Of a stretch of 64,000 nt of DNA, positions 47,409 through 58,393 are shown in pieces (the first letter of the stretch is position 1; each line of letters begins with the position of its first letter). Where the stretch lies: assembly GCA_048772705.1 (NCBI GenBank), contig JBLWGC010000224.1:124001-188000 (forward strand). Direction: 5' to 3'. The notes beneath the pieces were generated by a model. The model searched no databases. It was given only the letters and a program-made list of their open reading frames with translations, and was not told the DNA's origin. Made by a program: the position numbers and the translations under genes. The stretch is from Leidyana gryllorum EB-2025a. Its lineage: Eukaryota; Protista; Apicomplexa.

Positions 47409-49608
47409 TCAGTCAGGTCTGAGGAGGGGAACGGTGATGGGAACGCTCCAGTCATTCAGCTCGAGAAAGTTGCGACTCATTAAATGTCTAACAAACCAGG
47501 GGTCAGCCATACTGACGGTCCCGATTCGGACAGGTTTCATAGTCTCTCGAGGTTTGGCATCTCGAGGATTCGCTTCTACGATACGATCGTACCAATTGTT
47601 GAAACTCAATCTTTCGGTCGCAGTGAGATCTCCGACCGCGAGAGATTCAATGTTTGACAGAGCCACAAGTTCTTCCAGAGGACCCCAAATGGTGTGATCA
47701 TATCGCATACTTCCGCTCCTATCCAACAGAGGCAACCATTGCTTTTCATTGGCATAGACGCTTTGCAACAGTAAACGCAGAGTTTCAGTTTCAAACTCCC
47801 CTTTTGTTTGCTCCAAAAGGGCTTCAGTCCAGGGATAGGGGAATACGCCCACCACTGATTGCACGACTCGACCATAAAAGGTTCCAGTGTTCCAAATGAA
47901 ACGAACGAAAATGTAAGTCCAGAATAACCGTTCAGTGCAATCCACATAATCATCTAATAATATGGTATTGGCGTTCCACAACTCCAGCCGCCGGCGAAGA
48001 CTGTAACACATCTCCATATTCAATGGAAGGTCTTTAGCCGACAATCGCAACAATACAATGTACTCATCCACCGCACGACATCGATCCCCGATCCAGATTC
48101 GTCGGCGCGATGTCGGAACATATGGTCGGACACCCACCAAGTTTCTTCGCAAACGCTTGGCCGTGTGCCCGCCATCAGCGGCTTTGAGTATCTGGCACCT
48201 CGCCGACCCGTCCCGAGATAAAGCATACTGAGGGGAGGCAAGCTGCCATTCGCACATACCACTTCCATTGATCCATGAAACACAGGTATAAAAATTAACC
48301 ACAGGAAGTGCTCGCAGCCAGGGGGGGCACTCCACCAAAGTCCGGGTGAAACACAAGTTTGCCCACTTCCCTGCACACTTTCCCATCCGAACCTCAACCG
48401 CAGCCTCATGTAACTCGCCCACAGCACGATGAACCAAGCTGCAAGATGAGTCTGAGGCCCATAATCTCTCCAGATACGCTTCCATTGCCCTGAAGTTGCT
48501 GAGAAAGACTTACAGACGGCATTAGTTGCCCACATCCCAGCGCAGCGACACAATCGGTTGACACCAGCGGAAACGAAGAAGTATCCCGCAGGCGTACACG
48601 AGGACTCGCGTGTGTAACACTCACTTCAAACACACTCGAGACACGCAGATCATTATGGTCACGGAAACCAGCAGCCCAATTGGGTGTCCAGCATAGGTTT
48701 CACACAACTCACACTTCACTCACTCACTATAGCACAGATCCATTCACAACGACCTCAGTAGAGTTTCTTGCAGTATTTTGGGATGCCTCTTACCTTTCAG
48801 ATGTCGGCCATGGAGCTGACTGGCTCTGATCCGTCTCGGTACAGGATTCTAGAATCAGCGGTGGTACTACAGATGGGGTTTTTGACTTCCATCCATCAGC
48901 TTCTGTTGCCCCCCCAGTCCAAGTAGTGGCGTGTATCGTACCCAAGCGTGGGTCAATGTGTACAGCGCCATTGTTCAGAGAGGACTGCGCCGAACGTGGG
49001 TATTCTGCCAACTTGTCCGTCGCGTCGACCTCCATAAATCCTTCTGAATTAATACATACGATGCATGTTGAAGGTTTCAAGCCGGTTTTGATTCCCATTC
49101 TGGGGATAATGTCACATTGAACTCGCCAGGCATGACGGGTGGACACCACTAAAACTTGGAGTTGTGGTGCAATCAACCGGAGCTTGAAGGGGCAAGCAGA
49201 TGAAAACATATTCATGTAGGTCAGAGAGGGTAGATAAGCGGTCACGGCCACAGAGGCTTCCTCGGAAGGATATGACAAATCTATCAAACAGGTGGTCAAA
49301 GCAGGCATCCCACATTGACACAGTGCCTTGAAAAAAAGCCACATACAATCACTATTGAGGGCCGACTCTCGGAGGGTCAAAGATCGAAGAACACGGCTTG
49401 AGCGTCCCATCAACGCAGCAAACCACTCATCTCTCATCAATCGGATCAACAAGGCGTTGTTGATATCTGCGCATTCAACAATCAGCTCATCACTTATATA
49501 GCGACGCAGCTCGTGCGATACGCCCTTGAGCCTTTTCAGCTCCAGGATACTCAAATACTGTAGAATCTCTTTCCACTGCAATAAACTCCATCGGTCTCTC
49601 CAGAACAT
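47409..49608 (-). CDS. F-box protein paralogue B (probably two exons joined by intron 48490-48793)
   Basis: N-terminal F-box-like QWKEILQYLSILELKRLKGVSHELRRYISD; in-frame GTAAG...TTCAG intron links ORFs 48790-49629 and 47409-48485; C-terminal domain homologous to paralogue A. Confidence 0.66.
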
Positions 49609-49818
49609 TAACAATAGTTCTCCCTCCACGCTATCAGCCGGTTCGAATCAGATTTTTTGACAACACTGCTCAAGTGCCTTTTTTCTTATCTGAGTAGGGG
49701 AGGAGAGAAGCCCCAAAACCCTCCCCCCTTTCCTCTGCCTACCCCCTTATGGCGGCAATCCTATTCCCTCCCGCCACGACATTGAGTCTACCCCGTGTAG
49801 GAGGCCCCAAATTCTATC

Positions 49819-49893
49819 GTAGTGTGTGTAGGTCTGTCGCAGTAGTGTGTGTGTGTGTAGGTCAGTCGCAGTAGCGTGTGTGTGCGTCTGTCG
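49819..49893. repeat. Three imperfect ~25-nt tandem repeats (gtagtgtgtgtaggtctgtcgca)
   Basis: Directly visible in the spacer between the two F-box genes. Confidence 0.8.
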
Positions 49894-50038
49894 TCGAACT
49901 CTGGGATGCGCGAAAGGGAGGTCCTATTGCGAGTGTCCCTTCGCGAGCGTCACTTGACAATCGATCTGCCTTCACAGAGGGGAGGAGCGTTGCAGCCCAC
50001 GTCTTCGTTGATGGCCCGAAGATGGTCGGACCTCCCAA

Positions 50039-51748
50039 CTACCATTCGGCCGGAAGCTCTGTGTCAATCCATCTCGTCATTTCCGTAGGGTAGCGGCGGT
50101 GCTCCTTGTACCATGAAGAAGTGATACGTTCGGTACCAGCTATGGTCACTGACCGGGACCGGACCGCAGGGGGGATAACCATGTGGCGAGTGGCTTCCAA
50201 CATGGATTCATACCAACACCACATGGAGGGAAGGGCAAAGTCCCGCAGATCGCCCAGTCTGAGGCTTTCGGTCGCGATTGTTTTGAGTGGGCCGCTCCAT
50301 TCCTTCCAGATTTCATCCATTTCTTCGTCATTATGCCTCTGAGCCGCGATTTGGAATCTTGCGACAGAGTCCTCCCCGGCCCCTATGTGGCGTATGATTT
50401 CCGTCAATGTCTCTGGCGTGAAGGATCCGGTTGTCATCTCCAGCAGTGCTTCTCGCCATGGTGACGAAAAGATTTGAATAGTTCGAGAGCCCCAAGTGAT
50501 GCGACGGGTGACACCAATGGAAAATAACAGAGTATAACATCGGAAGAGCGAGGCCGAGTCAGAGAAGGGGTCAGTCATCAAGAGCTCGTCAACAGCATTG
50601 ACCTCTAACCAGCGCCGAAGATGTTGGAGCCGCGATTCGTGATCGTCACAGAAATTCTCGTCGCCTATCTCCGCCGTTCGGGATGCAGAGCCTTCCCTCT
50701 GATGCAGATACATTGTCGAAGTTGTGTCAGATGGATCGTCCGGCCAGGGTAGCTCGGTGTGTGACACCGACCTTGCCTGGTGCGGAGTACCGTCTGGTTT
50801 GCGCAGCACTAATTCGGGGTCCAACGGTAGCGATCTCACACCAGACGGAGTGTGAGATCGATCGAAGAGCGACGCCGGCAGTGCCGGACGCTCGGGGTGC
50901 CAGTCTTTGAGCCAACGCACAGGTGAACAACATGGTTCGTTTAGGAGTTTGGAAATTGAGCCTGGCAGATACCGCGACCGATTGTTGTGACTTTGAAAGA
51001 AGTAAAACCACTCATCCTGGTATTGTAATACGATGTCATACGACGGGGATGTATACCGTTGCTCCACGATAATTGGCAACTTTCTGGACTCTAGACAGTT
51101 GTCGAAGTGGTCATCCATTAGCTGATCAGGGGTGATGCTCCACTCTTGCATGGTGACAAACCATAACATGGGAAGCCTCACATCGCGGATGAGATGTGCC
51201 ACATTCCAATTCACGGGCGCGTGCAACAATACGTCATCGGATATCAGCGGATGCCGTATCATAGACAACGACGCAGTCGATACACAAATGGTTCCCAACT
51301 TTGGCGCAATAATGTTCAGTTGCCACGGGATAATGGATCCGTAGCAGTTTAAGCACCTCAGCGACGGCAAGTTGTACTCATCGGAAGGCGGCTCCCCCCA
51401 ATCATCCCACTTGATGTGAATGCTCAGAGTCTCCAACAAGGGTAAACCCATGCCGCACAATTTATCAAACAGACGCCACATCTCCTCAGCCCTCCGGTCA
51501 GACTCTCCCCACAGTGTCAGTGACAACATACGCGGACACGAACGCATCAGCAACGAGTCCCATGTGTTCGTCCGCCTCAAGTGTACATACTCAGTGTCAC
51601 TAAGCTGCCAGTGTCTCACAATCACAGAATCATCAATCAGTCGTTGCACCCTCTTGGACACTCGCCGAAGCCGAAAGAGGTCCTGCAGATCAGCATACTC
51701 AAAAACTTGACTCCAATAACTGTGCGACCATCGCTCCGTTGCCCACAT
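50039..51748 (-). CDS. F-box protein paralogue A (F-box + LRR-like + unknown C-terminal domain)
   Basis: YWSQVFEYADLQDLFRLRRVSKRVQRLIDD (F-box-like); CPRMLSLTL, LPLLETLSI, LPSLRCLNC, APKLGTICV LRR-like units; intronless. Confidence 0.72.
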   Translation of the reverse strand: MWATERWSHSYWSQVFEYADLQDLFRLRRVSKRVQRLIDDSVIVRHWQLSDTEYVHLRRTNTWDSLLMRSCPRMLSLTLWGESDRRAEEMWRLFDKLCGMGLPLLETLSIHIKWDDWGEPPSDEYNLPSLRCLNCYGSIIPWQLNIIAPKLGTICVSTASLSMIRHPLISDDVLLHAPVNWNVAHLIRDVRLPMLWFVTMQEWSITPDQLMDDHFDNCLESRKLPIIVEQRYTSPSYDIVLQYQDEWFYFFQSHNNRSRYLPGSISKLLNEPCCSPVRWLKDWHPERPALPASLFDRSHTPSGVRSLPLDPELVLRKPDGTPHQARSVSHTELPWPDDPSDTTSTMYLHQREGSASRTAEIGDENFCDDHESRLQHLRRWLEVNAVDELLMTDPFSDSASLFRCYTLLFSIGVTRRITWGSRTIQIFSSPWREALLEMTTGSFTPETLTEIIRHIGAGEDSVARFQIAAQRHNDEEMDEIWKEWSGPLKTIATESLRLGDLRDFALPSMWCWYESMLEATRHMVIPPAVRSRSVTIAGTERITSSWYKEHRRYPTEMTRWIDTELPAEW

Positions 51749-52417
51749 AACGCTATCACTTATAGAGAAAGCTCGTCTTTACTTCCTTTGCCCAAAAGAT
51801 GCCATCATTCCAATCGTACCGATCGCATTTTCTTCTGATTCTGAGCTGTGTGCTGCTGATAGCCTAATGTAAGCAGCCTTGAGTATTGATCAGTGTTCGT
51901 TGAGTGGTCTCTGACATTTCCCAACTTATGCTAAAAACTCGTTTGCTAAGTTAAGTTCCCCCTACTGATTGGGTGTGCCCCTGGCACCGCTGGTGGTCAC
52001 ACCACCCCCCTTCTCTTCCTCTCGGCCGCACTGTAGACCGAGCTAGCGGGAATCAGACTACGCGACAGATCAATCAAGTCTCCGTCTCCGTGTGTGGCGT
52101 GTGTGTGGAGGAGGGGTGTCGGCCCGGCGGGGATTGCGCAAGGCACATCTGTTGGTAAGTCAGGATATGTCAGTACCCTGCCTGCTACGGCGGGCGGGCG
52201 ACGCTTCTAGTCAACTTGGTGGCGTGATGCTGAGCGGTTTTTGGCGACTCGCTGGATGTGGAACAGCAGTTAGTGTGTTTGTACTGGATTCGTTTTTTGA
52301 CAGTGCGCCACGGGGGTTTAAGGCGATAGGATACAGGTGGGTGTGCGAGTGACGTGTCTGTGGGTATCTGAGGTTTGATTTGGTGTATTGAGCGAAAAGT
52401 TTGAATCCAAGGCAGAA

Positions 52418-53278
52418 ATGATGGGCGGTCCATTGATTGTGATGCCTCATTTTTACATTGATTTTCTCGTAACCGATGGGAACAACGAAAGTCGGGCGTT
52501 CTTAGAGTTACGCAACACCTCTGCTGTCGAGACCGTTGGCTACAAGGTGATACCTTCTGATGCGAAGCGATACTTCGTGGCACCTCACTCCGGCGTCCTC
52601 CCTCCTAATTCACGACGAGAAGTTGAGGTACTTCTGATGCCTCCATTGTCAAACCAATTGAAAGCTGCTGGCAATCGATTGCTGTTGCAGTCATGGGTTG
52701 TGCACCAAGGCGGCAGACTCGACTCGGGCACATCTATGGTGAACTGTGACCCGTCATCGTACCCGATAGCGGGTCGTGTGCGTGACCGGCGAAAGTTGAT
52801 AGTGTTGGTGAATGGCGCCGATGGACGAGAACATGTTTGTCCTCGAATGTGCCATGAAGCACCCTGTCGATCAGTTTTGTGGCACTATTTCCATGAACAG
52901 CCGGGCCACCCGGAGGACCTGAGAGTTCAATATGACCAATTGCTGAATTGGGCTATGGACCTGGAAAGGGATAAACGCTCCCTCACTGCAGAGCTGTTGA
53001 ACCAAGGAAAAGAGAACCGAGTACGCGATAGCCGACTGAAAGTTGCGCAGAAGCAGGTCGAACAACTATCATTTGCTTTAGCTGCGATGCAGAAGCACCA
53101 AGCTGCTGTACAGCAAGAGCTGAAGACCACGCAGAATCAGCTCGCATCAATGGTCATCTTCCTGACATTGGCCAACTACTTCAAAAGGATATTTTATAAC
53201 ACTCCTCGGACGGACGCAACGGCAACAACGACCGACACCACGACTCCTCAGGACCCTCTCAAGTCCTGTCAAGTCTGA
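52418..53278 (+). CDS. VAP paralogue: MSP domain + extended coiled coil, weak or absent TM
   Basis: FLELRNTS..TVGYKV...RYFVAPHSGVLPPNSRREVEVLL...RLLLQS; PEDLRVQYDQLLNWAMDLERDK aligns to the coil of the VAP at 57559. Confidence 0.85.
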   Translation: MMGGPLIVMPHFYIDFLVTDGNNESRAFLELRNTSAVETVGYKVIPSDAKRYFVAPHSGVLPPNSRREVEVLLMPPLSNQLKAAGNRLLLQSWVVHQGGRLDSGTSMVNCDPSSYPIAGRVRDRRKLIVLVNGADGREHVCPRMCHEAPCRSVLWHYFHEQPGHPEDLRVQYDQLLNWAMDLERDKRSLTAELLNQGKENRVRDSRLKVAQKQVEQLSFALAAMQKHQAAVQQELKTTQNQLASMVIFLTLANYFKRIFYNTPRTDATATTTDTTTPQDPLKSCQV

Positions 53279-53941
53279 AAGCTCATTCTGGATTGACACT
53301 GCGTCCGGACGATCGCGAGAGGTGGGCGGCTGAACGCCTTGCTTCCAGGAGCCTGTTGCAATGCTTCCTTGTTGCGGAGTGCGGAACCGGCCACCCCTCA
53401 TCGTCCCATACACAGAGAAAGTGACCCTTCCCGTCTCGTCACCGACAAACGGCACGAACCAGAAGGGACACACACACTATACGTTCTCACCCTTCTTCCT
53501 CACGCTCTACAAAGACAGCTGCTTGTTAACACACGAATACACACACATATATTCACAGGCACGCACCCGCTCGCCATCATTACGTGGTCAAACGACCTGC
53601 AATCGTTGCCACATTGCGCACGGGATGAAGCTACTGAAGTACACACTACTATCTCATACTTTTCTCAAGTGCCATACATTCACATTACACGCGCGCCCTC
53701 TTGGCTGGGTGCTCACACACATTCCACTCTACTCTTTCTTTCTACACACGATCGAACCGACTCTCACCGACCCATCAATCGATCGCTGCTGATCGATCGC
53801 GGAACGAAGTACTTCCCCCTCTCTCCATACAGAACACACACACAGACACACCTACTTACACACCTACTTACCTATTCCAGCTCCGCGGCCGGAGATCAGC
53901 GCTCCAATTTCTACTGAGATCAACGAGCATCAAAGCTCCTC

Positions 53942-53969
53942 GACTGACTGACTGACTGACTACTGACTG
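53942..53969. repeat. (GACT)n microsatellite
   Basis: gactgactgactgactgactactgactg; related short tracts near 41242-41286, 47337, 47405 and 34612. Confidence 0.8.
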
Positions 53970-54829
53970 GATGAATGCTTCTTACCCCTATGTGCTTGTG
54001 TATTTCTTCCTCCAGCGATGCGACGTATATACACACACACACGCACACACACACATACCCTTCTGGCTCGCTGACTCGCGTCTCCCTTTTGCTCGCTATT
54101 TACCTGTGCACTTCCACGTCTCTCTCTTCTTCGCTCCCCTCTCTTCCTGGTCCATCCTGCTACTGCTTTCTTCTCGCGAATGACAAAGACAGGTTGTTGT
54201 TGATTAAGGCAGTTTTTGGCTGCAGTAATCACACCGTCTGATTGTCGGTAAGATCGTTGTCGATACCACCCGCTCTCAATGACTATTATTACTGACTGAT
54301 GTGTCCACACGATACGCGCACCGGTGACGCAAGCATCTCACCCTCGTTCTGCTGTCTAATTCACCTCTGACATATTTTCCGTCCGCCACATACGGCTCTG
54401 TCGTAACCGAATGACTGACAAACTCTTCTGCTGGCGGCTGTCACCACCAAATTTGAGTTCGCAGCAAAACAACACGACTTGTAGTGGATTTGTTGTGGTC
54501 ACCTCCGTCAAATATTGAGACACTGCGCTCAACAACGAAAGAACGAACGATGGGACGAGCGAGCGAACAAGTTATTCGTCGTCCAATTCACCACAAATAT
54601 CTCTCATTCTCTACACATTGCACGCGGTGAGAAGATGAGACAGATAATAAACGATCCTCCCTCTGAAGCGAGCAACTTTCCCTAGCTGTGGGACAAGAAG
54701 CAGTTGCTTTGGAGGACTGATTGTTCATGTCGTTGGTATTGATATTATTGTTGATGTTAATTGTTGGGTTGGGGGTGTGTCACGCTGCTGTCGTCGTCGT
54801 CCTCCTCCTCAATCAGTAATACCGCTCGC

Positions 54830-55413
54830 ATGCGAGAATACTACATACCTTGTTTTCTCTGTCGCTCTCGCCGACACAAAAGATATAGAGAAGACTATGC
54901 CACTTATGCGCTGGCACAGTTGGGTGAGCTGGGCATCAGAGTCAACACCTGCCTGTTTGGCCGTTGCTGCATTATAGTGTGTGGCTATCAACCTCTGTGT
55001 TATTCCTTACCTCCGTCACATGTGTGTGTGTGTTCATCACAGCTGCTGGAGATCTCCATTTATCACTTACACAATTTGACTCTTCCCCCACAAAACGATT
55101 CTTAGTGTGTGGCTGTCGACCTCGGGCCCCACCTGATTTTTGTATTACGTACCTGGAAATGACAACCACTACTACTAGGACTTCCACCCCCCTACCAGGA
55201 CTGCCACTACTTTTGCCACCACTCCAAGAAGCCGAAGGACGCAAAATAGCAGAGAAGGTCGTCAAAGTGTACAGACGATCAGCTCTGTACCCTAACAACG
55301 CTCGCTTTCGCGGCACCCGGTGTCAATCTGTGTGCGTATGTCTCCGCGTGAACTGTGATGCTCCTCACTACGGTCGTTCTGGGGAATACGTAGTATCTGT
55401 GCTCGCTGGGTGA
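54830..55413 (+). CDS. Possible small spliced hypothetical protein
   Basis: MREYYIPCFLCRSRRHK...LAQL| joined by a GTGAG...CACAG intron to the 54964-55413 frame; no recognisable family. Confidence 0.35.
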
Positions 55414-57558
55414 CGCGACGCGAGCAGGCGAGCGGCAGTCCTCGTGCGAGCGCACACATACACACGCATACACCTGGGTGGAAAATACCCAAGCGAGGTC
55501 GGCGGGCGTATTATCTATTCAGATTGATCGCCGAAACAAGCGATTGGTGGTCTGTAAACTGGGACTGGAGATCAGCCAGCCACCAGTCACGCCGCCTATG
55601 CTGTCCAAATCACTATTGACCGCGCGCGGGGTTCCGCGAGAACATGTCTATGAGCATAAATGTCCTCCGCGGCGGCATCATACTATTACATTATCGGCTT
55701 CTCCTCCGTCAGTGTCCTTCTCACAAATAACACCCGTTTTCGGTCCGACTTTAACAATGTCCTGGGAGGATCCACAATTCGTGGACCTTCCCACTTCTCT
55801 GACACTCCGCCGCGGGGTATGGTCCCGAAAAGTCGTCATGTAACAATAGGGCTACATTGACACGGCGAAGCGATTTGGCATGGTGATCACCCCATTCAAT
55901 CTGAAACGACATGTGAGTGTGCTAACAGTAGTCTCCATGCCTTTTTCCTTGAATATCTGGAGTTTAAGAGTTGATGCTGGGGTGATCTCACTGACCAACA
56001 AAACGGTCGTGTGAGGTGCCTGCTCAGTTTGTTAGCGCATCAACATGCAAATACATATTACGTTACGTCATTCACATATATCTTTATGCCTATCTGACTG
56101 AATGCTGCACACGCCTCTCTCAACACTGCAAGTATTTGATTGCTCGATTTTGCATGGAGGCGCACTGCTGGATGCCCCGAGTGTCTTTGTACTCTGCTGT
56201 GCCCGTCAAGTGACAGCTGTCTGTTGGCTGAAAGACACAGTTGCTCACTTGATGGTCAATATCCATCTCGCCTTGTCTGTATGTTTGTCAGAAGATTGCT
56301 GTTTTGCGCCTTAAGACCTCGCTGAGTGAGGGCAATCACAGAACAAATTGTTGCCTCCTATGTGAGATATCTCAGCCTGGCTGAGGCCTCTCGCTTTGGG
56401 AGAGAAATCCATCACCCGCATCCTTTGGTATTCCACACGCTGCTGTTCTGTCCTTTGAGTACAAAATCGCTCCGCGGACCGCGCTTGAGTCTCCACGATC
56501 ATCTATTCCTTGCAGAGATCCGCCCGAAGGACAACTGAAGCTGACTACCTGTCACTTTAGACACACACCTTTATCCAAGCTGCTGACGACCTTTACGCAA
56601 CGCGCGATTGACTGTCGCCGGGCGATCCAGGCCCGAGCCATTCTTCTGCTCGGTTTATGCGGAACTTGTTTCTGTAACGTTGATGCGCCGAGAGGGACAT
56701 ATTGTACTGGCCGTCCGTTGTGTGATTTTTCGCGTGCCGATGTTTGATGTCTGAATACAAGGTATTGTCCCAATGAGAGGTTCTGCAAGATTTAAAAGTG
56801 GGCTTGAGTGGCCCAGGATCTCCGCTGAGAGATAAAGAAGCCAAAATATGGACTTAAGTCGACTTGCCACGAGTGGTAACCCCTACACAACAAATCCCCA
56901 CACAAATGATGACTCATTACAACAGAAGCTCTTCTCAGAGCGAGGAGGCGTTCTGAGGTTGAGCACACATTTCCACACGCAAACAGTCCAATTGGCCATC
57001 CGATTTTGCCATGATTGCCTGACCATACTTGAGAGGAGGAGACCGATCAGTAATCGTGAGTCTGTCTCAGTGCTGGCCCACCTTCTTCATCGGCTATCGT
57101 AGTTGTGGAGTCCGCCTGGACCTCGGTCTCCTCCTCACCTCCCACAAATTTACCCACCATGAGATACTAGGTCATGCAACCCACCCCTACTGTATCTTGC
57201 TGGATGACCCTTTCACAAAGCAACACCCAATCTGGCAATTTGGGTGGGAAGAGAATGAATCTCCTTGCAACAACAAGAACAACAACAACAAGCCCAAGTA
57301 GCAGGGATATGTTTTGGTGTAACACGCAGGATATGCTTGCCCGACATTGACTTCTCTCACTTCGTTCATTCAGTCGTCAACCTCCTCAACTCCTCACCTC
57401 ACACTCTTTTACCCCTCAATCCACTCCAAAATGTGTGCGGAGGAGCCTCCTCGCCCGTAGCCGTCACCCTGATTGGGCGTACCAGCATAGCTCCCACCTG
57501 GTGCACCAGTTTTTTGGGCGGAAGTTTTGGATAAAGGAACTTAGTGTTCGTAGAGAGG

Positions 57559-58278
57559 ATGGAGTCACTTCTCATTCTCAATCCTCCCAGTCAACTTGAC
57601 TTCAATGTCACTGGTGGTATTCAATCCCAAGTCGTGCTGGAGCTAAGAAACCCATCCGAAACCAAGCATGTTGCGTTCAAGATCAAGACCACTGCCCCCA
57701 AGAACTACTTTGTTAAACCCAGCTCCGGTGTGGTGCCTCCCGACTCCAAATGCGACGTTAACATCGTGCTGGTACCCCTCTTCGAACCGCCCAGGGAGCC
57801 TATTCAAGACCGCTTCCTCATACAGTCTACTGTCGTCGACAGTGGTCGCACTCTGGCTAAAGAAGAGTGGACCGAGCTCAATCGCACTAGGGAGTCCCTC
57901 GACGAAAAAAGACTTTCCGTGAACTTCACCTGGTGCGGCTTTGGATCCAATGCTAACCGTAAGCTACACCACCCTATTATGACAATCAAATCGACCCCAG
58001 GATCCGAATTGCCTTCTGAAGCCCTTCACGGTTTCCAGAATCAGTCACAAGATCCCAGCGAACTCAAGAAACAGTATTCGGACCTTCTAGCCTACGCCGT
58101 TGGCCTCGAGAAGCAAAAGAAGGAAATTGAAGCCGAACTCTTCGATCTTAAGCGTAATCAAGGCGGCAATAGGCCCAGGGCCACCGGCGTCCAAGGCAAT
58201 CCCGGTTTGGAGTATTGGCAGGTCGGCATTCTTGTCCTGGGAGTAGTCTGCGCACTCAAGATCGTCAAATTCCTCTAA
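57559..58278 (+). CDS. VAP: Canonical VAP (VAMP-associated protein/Scs2): MSP + coiled coil + C-terminal TM
   Basis: VAFKIKTTAPKNYFVKPSSGVVPP, DRFLIQS, coil, and tail anchor WQVGILVLGVVCALKIVKFL; intronless. Confidence 0.95.
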   Translation: MESLLILNPPSQLDFNVTGGIQSQVVLELRNPSETKHVAFKIKTTAPKNYFVKPSSGVVPPDSKCDVNIVLVPLFEPPREPIQDRFLIQSTVVDSGRTLAKEEWTELNRTRESLDEKRLSVNFTWCGFGSNANRKLHHPIMTIKSTPGSELPSEALHGFQNQSQDPSELKKQYSDLLAYAVGLEKQKKEIEAELFDLKRNQGGNRPRATGVQGNPGLEYWQVGILVLGVVCALKIVKFL

Positions 58279-58393
58279 GGAGAGCTACTTGTAGGGGCTC
58301 GAAACACGTAGTAATCACCCAAATGCCCATAGATTATGTGTGTGGTGTTCGAGCCCGCGCAATCAAGGAGACACGCAACGTACGTGACAACTA

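Noticed and set aside
49819-49893. Repeat considered as a CRISPR-like array
   Set aside because: No unique spacers, eukaryotic context, no cas genes; simple GT-rich tandem repeat.
53339-54310. Several His/Thr-rich ORFs
   Set aside because: Translations of CA-rich low-complexity non-coding DNA; non-ATG starts and no domain signal.
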